Of a stretch of 64,000 nt of DNA, positions 61,973 through 64,000 are shown piece after piece. Positions within the stretch are counted from its first letter, which is position 1; each line of letters opens with the position of its first letter. The notes beneath the pieces are model-generated. The model was not told the origin of the DNA. It saw only the letters and a program-made list of their open reading frames with translations, and ran no database searches. Made by a program: the position numbers and the translations under genes. This DNA is from Bacillota bacterium (GTDB taxonomy: Bacteria > Bacillota > Dethiobacteria > DTU022), in the NCBI GenBank assembly GCA_029552125.1, contig JAKPEE010000106.1:15699-79698 (forward strand). The letters are read 5' to 3'.

Positions 61973-62436
61973 GATGCAGGGCCTCCTTTCTCTACAGGTT
62001 GCGGCCCTTCCGCCCACATCAAGGGCTGCTGCGCCTCGTGGGGGTGTTGCTTATCGCGATAAACCCTTAATTTTTTAAGCATGGCGCGGCCCAACCGGTT
62101 ATGGGGCAGCATCCCTTTGATGGCAATATAAACAGCCCGTTCCGGTTTCTCCGCCAGCAAAGTGGCGTAATCGGTCTTTTTCAGGCCGCCGGGATAACCG
62201 GAATGGCGGTAGTGATACTTTTGCCGTAGCTTGTTACCTGTTAGTGTAACCTTGGAAGCATTAAGCACAATAACATGGTCACCGGTATCGATAGGGGGGG
62301 TGTAAATGGCTTTATGTTTTCCTCTGAGCAACCTGGCCGCCTCAACCGCGACCCGGCCCAAAGGCCGGCCTGCCGCATCGATAATATACCATTTGCGCTC
62401 AATGTCCCGGGGTTTGGCCATATAGGTGGTATGCAT
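61969..62436 (-). CDS. rplM: 50S ribosomal protein L13.
   Basis: [30 protein letters not shown]... and [10 protein letters not shown]; canonical L13. Confidence 0.95.
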   Translation of the reverse strand: MHTTYMAKPRDIERKWYIIDAAGRPLGRVAVEAARLLRGKHKAIYTPPIDTGDHVIVLNASKVTLTGNKLRQKYHYRHSGYPGGLKKTDYATLLAEKPERAVYIAIKGMLPHNRLGRAMLKKLRVYRDKQHPHEAQQPLMWAEGPQPVEKGGPAS

Positions 62437-62540
62437 TTCTTACCTCCACTTCCTCCAATCAGTCACAAATATCATTGTAATATACGGGTTGGGCAGTGTC
62501 AAGGAAAAACTGCGTATTTTGTACCTTTATATCGCAAAAT

Positions 62541-63284
62541 TTATTCGTAGATCACCTGCTCCAGGCAAAGGCCGTGCGGCGGCGCGGCAGGACTGGCGGC
62601 AGCCGGGCAGCAGCCCTCCAGGGCGGCGGCCAGATCTTTTACCGCCAGCTTGCCCTGGCCCAGCTTAAGCAGGCTGCCGGTGAGCAGGCGCACCATCTTG
62701 TATAGGAAGCCGTCCCCCTCGAACCGGAGCTTGAGCAATTGTATGCGGGGCAGATCTTGCAGCTCGACCCGGTAAAGGGTGCGCACCGTGTCGCGCACGG
62801 TGCTGCCCGCGGCCTGGAAAGCGGCAAAATCGTGCCTGCCCTGGAGAAGCTTTGCCCCTGCCCGCATGGCTTCCAGGTCCAGGGCGGCAGGGAAATGATA
62901 GCTGTAAAGGCGCAGCAGGACCTGGGGATATGGCGCCCGATCTATGGTGTAGCAGTAGATTTTTCTTTTGGCCTGAAAGCGGGCATGAAAATCCGCGGGG
63001 ACCGCTTCGGCCCCGGTGATGACAATATCGCCGGGCAAAACGGCATTCAGGGCGGCAGGCAGATTGCTTACGGCTATATGGAAAGGGGCCTCGTAGTGGG
63101 CCGCCTGCCCCCGGGCATGTACTCCGGCATCGGTGCGCCCGGCGCCGGTAACGCGCACAGGCTGCTTGTAAATAACGGCCAGTGCCTTCTCCAGCTCGCC
63201 CTGGATGGTCGGCGCGTTATCCTGGATCTGAAACCCGCTGTAGCGCGTCCCGTCATAGCTGATGTGCAGCTTGATTTTGTTCAC
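62541..63284 (-). CDS. truA: tRNA pseudouridine(38-40) synthase TruA.
   Basis: ISYDGTRYSGFQIQ and GAGRTDAGVHARGQ (catalytic Asp). Position upstream of rplM matches the usual Firmicute arrangement. Confidence 0.9.
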   Translation of the reverse strand: MNKIKLHISYDGTRYSGFQIQDNAPTIQGELEKALAVIYKQPVRVTGAGRTDAGVHARGQAAHYEAPFHIAVSNLPAALNAVLPGDIVITGAEAVPADFHARFQAKRKIYCYTIDRAPYPQVLLRLYSYHFPAALDLEAMRAGAKLLQGRHDFAAFQAAGSTVRDTVRTLYRVELQDLPRIQLLKLRFEGDGFLYKMVRLLTGSLLKLGQGKLAVKDLAAALEGCCPAAASPAAPPHGLCLEQVIYE

Positions 63285-63337
63285 CGGTCCATCTCCTGTT
63301 TACAAATTGTTAGACTACTTAAATTAACGGTTATTTA

Positions 63338-63381
63338 GCCTCTCTCCCCGGCTCTTTCCCACCAGGGAGAGGGAAATGACC
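63338..63381. repeat. Polypyrimidine/polypurine hairpin repeat, copy B.
   Basis: GCCTCTCTCCCCGGCTCTTTCCCACCAGGGAGAGGGAAATGACC aligns over most positions with 55731-55774, in the same orientation. It lies in the intergenic region between ecfT and truA. Confidence 0.7.
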
Positions 63382-63447
63382 GGGCAGGGCGGCCATAATT
63401 ACCAGCCTTGAATAAGGATATATTTTAATGCCTCAAGCTTTAATCGG

Positions 63448-64000
63448 CTATATCCTCGCCACAATGATCACGACCAGGATAGCAATGCTAAAAAGCAGCA
63501 CTACCCAGTCGCGGAAGGAAGCTTTGCTTTCATGCAGCCGGGTGCGGCGGGCGCCGAGGCGGTAACCGCGGGCTTCCATGGCCAGGGCCAGTTCGTCGGC
63601 CCGGCGAAAGGCGCTGACAAAGAGGGGGACGATTAAAGGAATGAGGTTGCGCGCTTTGCGCCAAAGGTTACCGCTTTCAAAATCGGCGCCCCGGGAGATC
63701 TGGGCGCGCATAAGGCGCTGGCTTTCCTCCATTAACGTGGGGACAAAACGCAGGGCAATGGTCATGATCATGGCTATCTCGGACACAGGGAGGCGAACCA
63801 GTTGAAACGGCTTTAAAAAGAATTCGAGCCCATGGGTCAGGGAAAGGGGGGTGGTAGTAAGAGTGACCAGCAGGGTGGCCATGACCAGGCCGATCAGGCG
63901 GGCCACGACAAACAAGCCTTGGCTAACTCCGGCCTGTTCCACGGTCACCGGCCCCAGGCGCAGCAGAACCACACCGCCCTTGGTAAAAAAGAAATAGATC
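63448..64000 (-). CDS. ecfT: Energy-coupling factor transporter transmembrane protein EcfT; 5' end lies outside the window.
   Basis: The frame stays open to the window end. EcfT pattern ALRFVPTLMEESQRLMRAQISRGADFESGN...RADELALAMEARGY. Position is upstream of truA. Confidence 0.85.
   Translation of the reverse strand, partial: IYFFFTKGGVVLLRLGPVTVEQAGVSQGLFVVARLIGLVMATLLVTLTTTPLSLTHGLEFFLKPFQLVRLPVSEIAMIMTIALRFVPTLMEESQRLMRAQISRGADFESGNLWRKARNLIPLIVPLFVSAFRRADELALAMEARGYRLGARRTRLHESKASFRDWVVLLFSIAILVVIIVARI

Noticed and set aside
1-64000. Search for CRISPR arrays, rRNA/tRNA genes, transposases, integrases, reverse transcriptases and prophage structural genes.
   Set aside because: I found no regularly spaced direct repeats, no tRNA-like T-loop/acceptor patterns in the intergenic regions inspected by eye, and no ORF with DDE, tyrosine- or serine-recombinase, or RT motifs. 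Small RNAs cannot be fully excluded without covariance-model scans.

Overview
This is a chromosomal segment from a Gram-positive anaerobe, probably Clostridia (Peptococcaceae-like). The taxon call rests on GGAGG-type ribosome-binding sites (RBS), ecfT-truA-rplM-rpsI synteny, a cdaA-cdaR operon, gatCAB, and mid-50s % GC by eye with AT-rich islets. All calls come from reading the ORF translations and the DNA by eye; no searches were run.

Contents, left to right:
- (1) The 5' part of a minus-strand operon that runs off the window start. It encodes a Toprim/DUF2220 (JetD-like) protein, a roughly 550-aa coiled-coil kleisin-like protein, and the start of a third gene.
- (2) A TetR-controlled acyl-activation cluster: an iron-sulfur flavoprotein, an acyl-CoA ligase, a KASIII-like enzyme with a Cys...His-x4-Asp pattern, a MaoC dehydratase, and a Liv-type ABC importer.
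- (3) An accessory patch from about 12.2 to 21.4 kb. It holds decayed gene remnants, a TPR protein, a RelE/YafQ-like toxin domain fused to an SF1 UvrD-like helicase, a serpin lipoprotein, a CPBP/Abi protease with an in-frame TAG, and a HepT/MntA toxin-antitoxin pair.
- (4) A flavin-trafficking cluster: two ApbE genes (one frameshifted in a G-run), an FMN_bind membrane protein, a TetR regulator, and an internally duplicated lipoprotein.
- (5) Housekeeping genes: ychF, hsp20, gatCAB, cdaA-cdaR-glmS, rplM-rpsI, truA, ecfT.
- (6) A second HEPN/nucleotidyltransferase pair, two MBL-fold hydrolases, and a PAS-GAF hybrid histidine kinase.
- (7) An AmmeMemoRadiSam-type pair in which the AMMECR1 domain is fused to a LigB/Memo-superfamily domain.
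- (8) An ECF sigma / anti-sigma / DUF4097 module and a MarR plus split-ChrA unit.
- (9) A molybdenum cofactor (Moco) locus with several domain fusions, preceded by a candidate Moco riboswitch.

I saw no rRNA, tRNA, CRISPR array, transposase or integrase. The strongest candidate for an undescribed system is the TPR + RelE-domain/UvrD-helicase pair at 13.1-17.4 kb. The Toprim-first Wadjet-like operon at the left edge is second.
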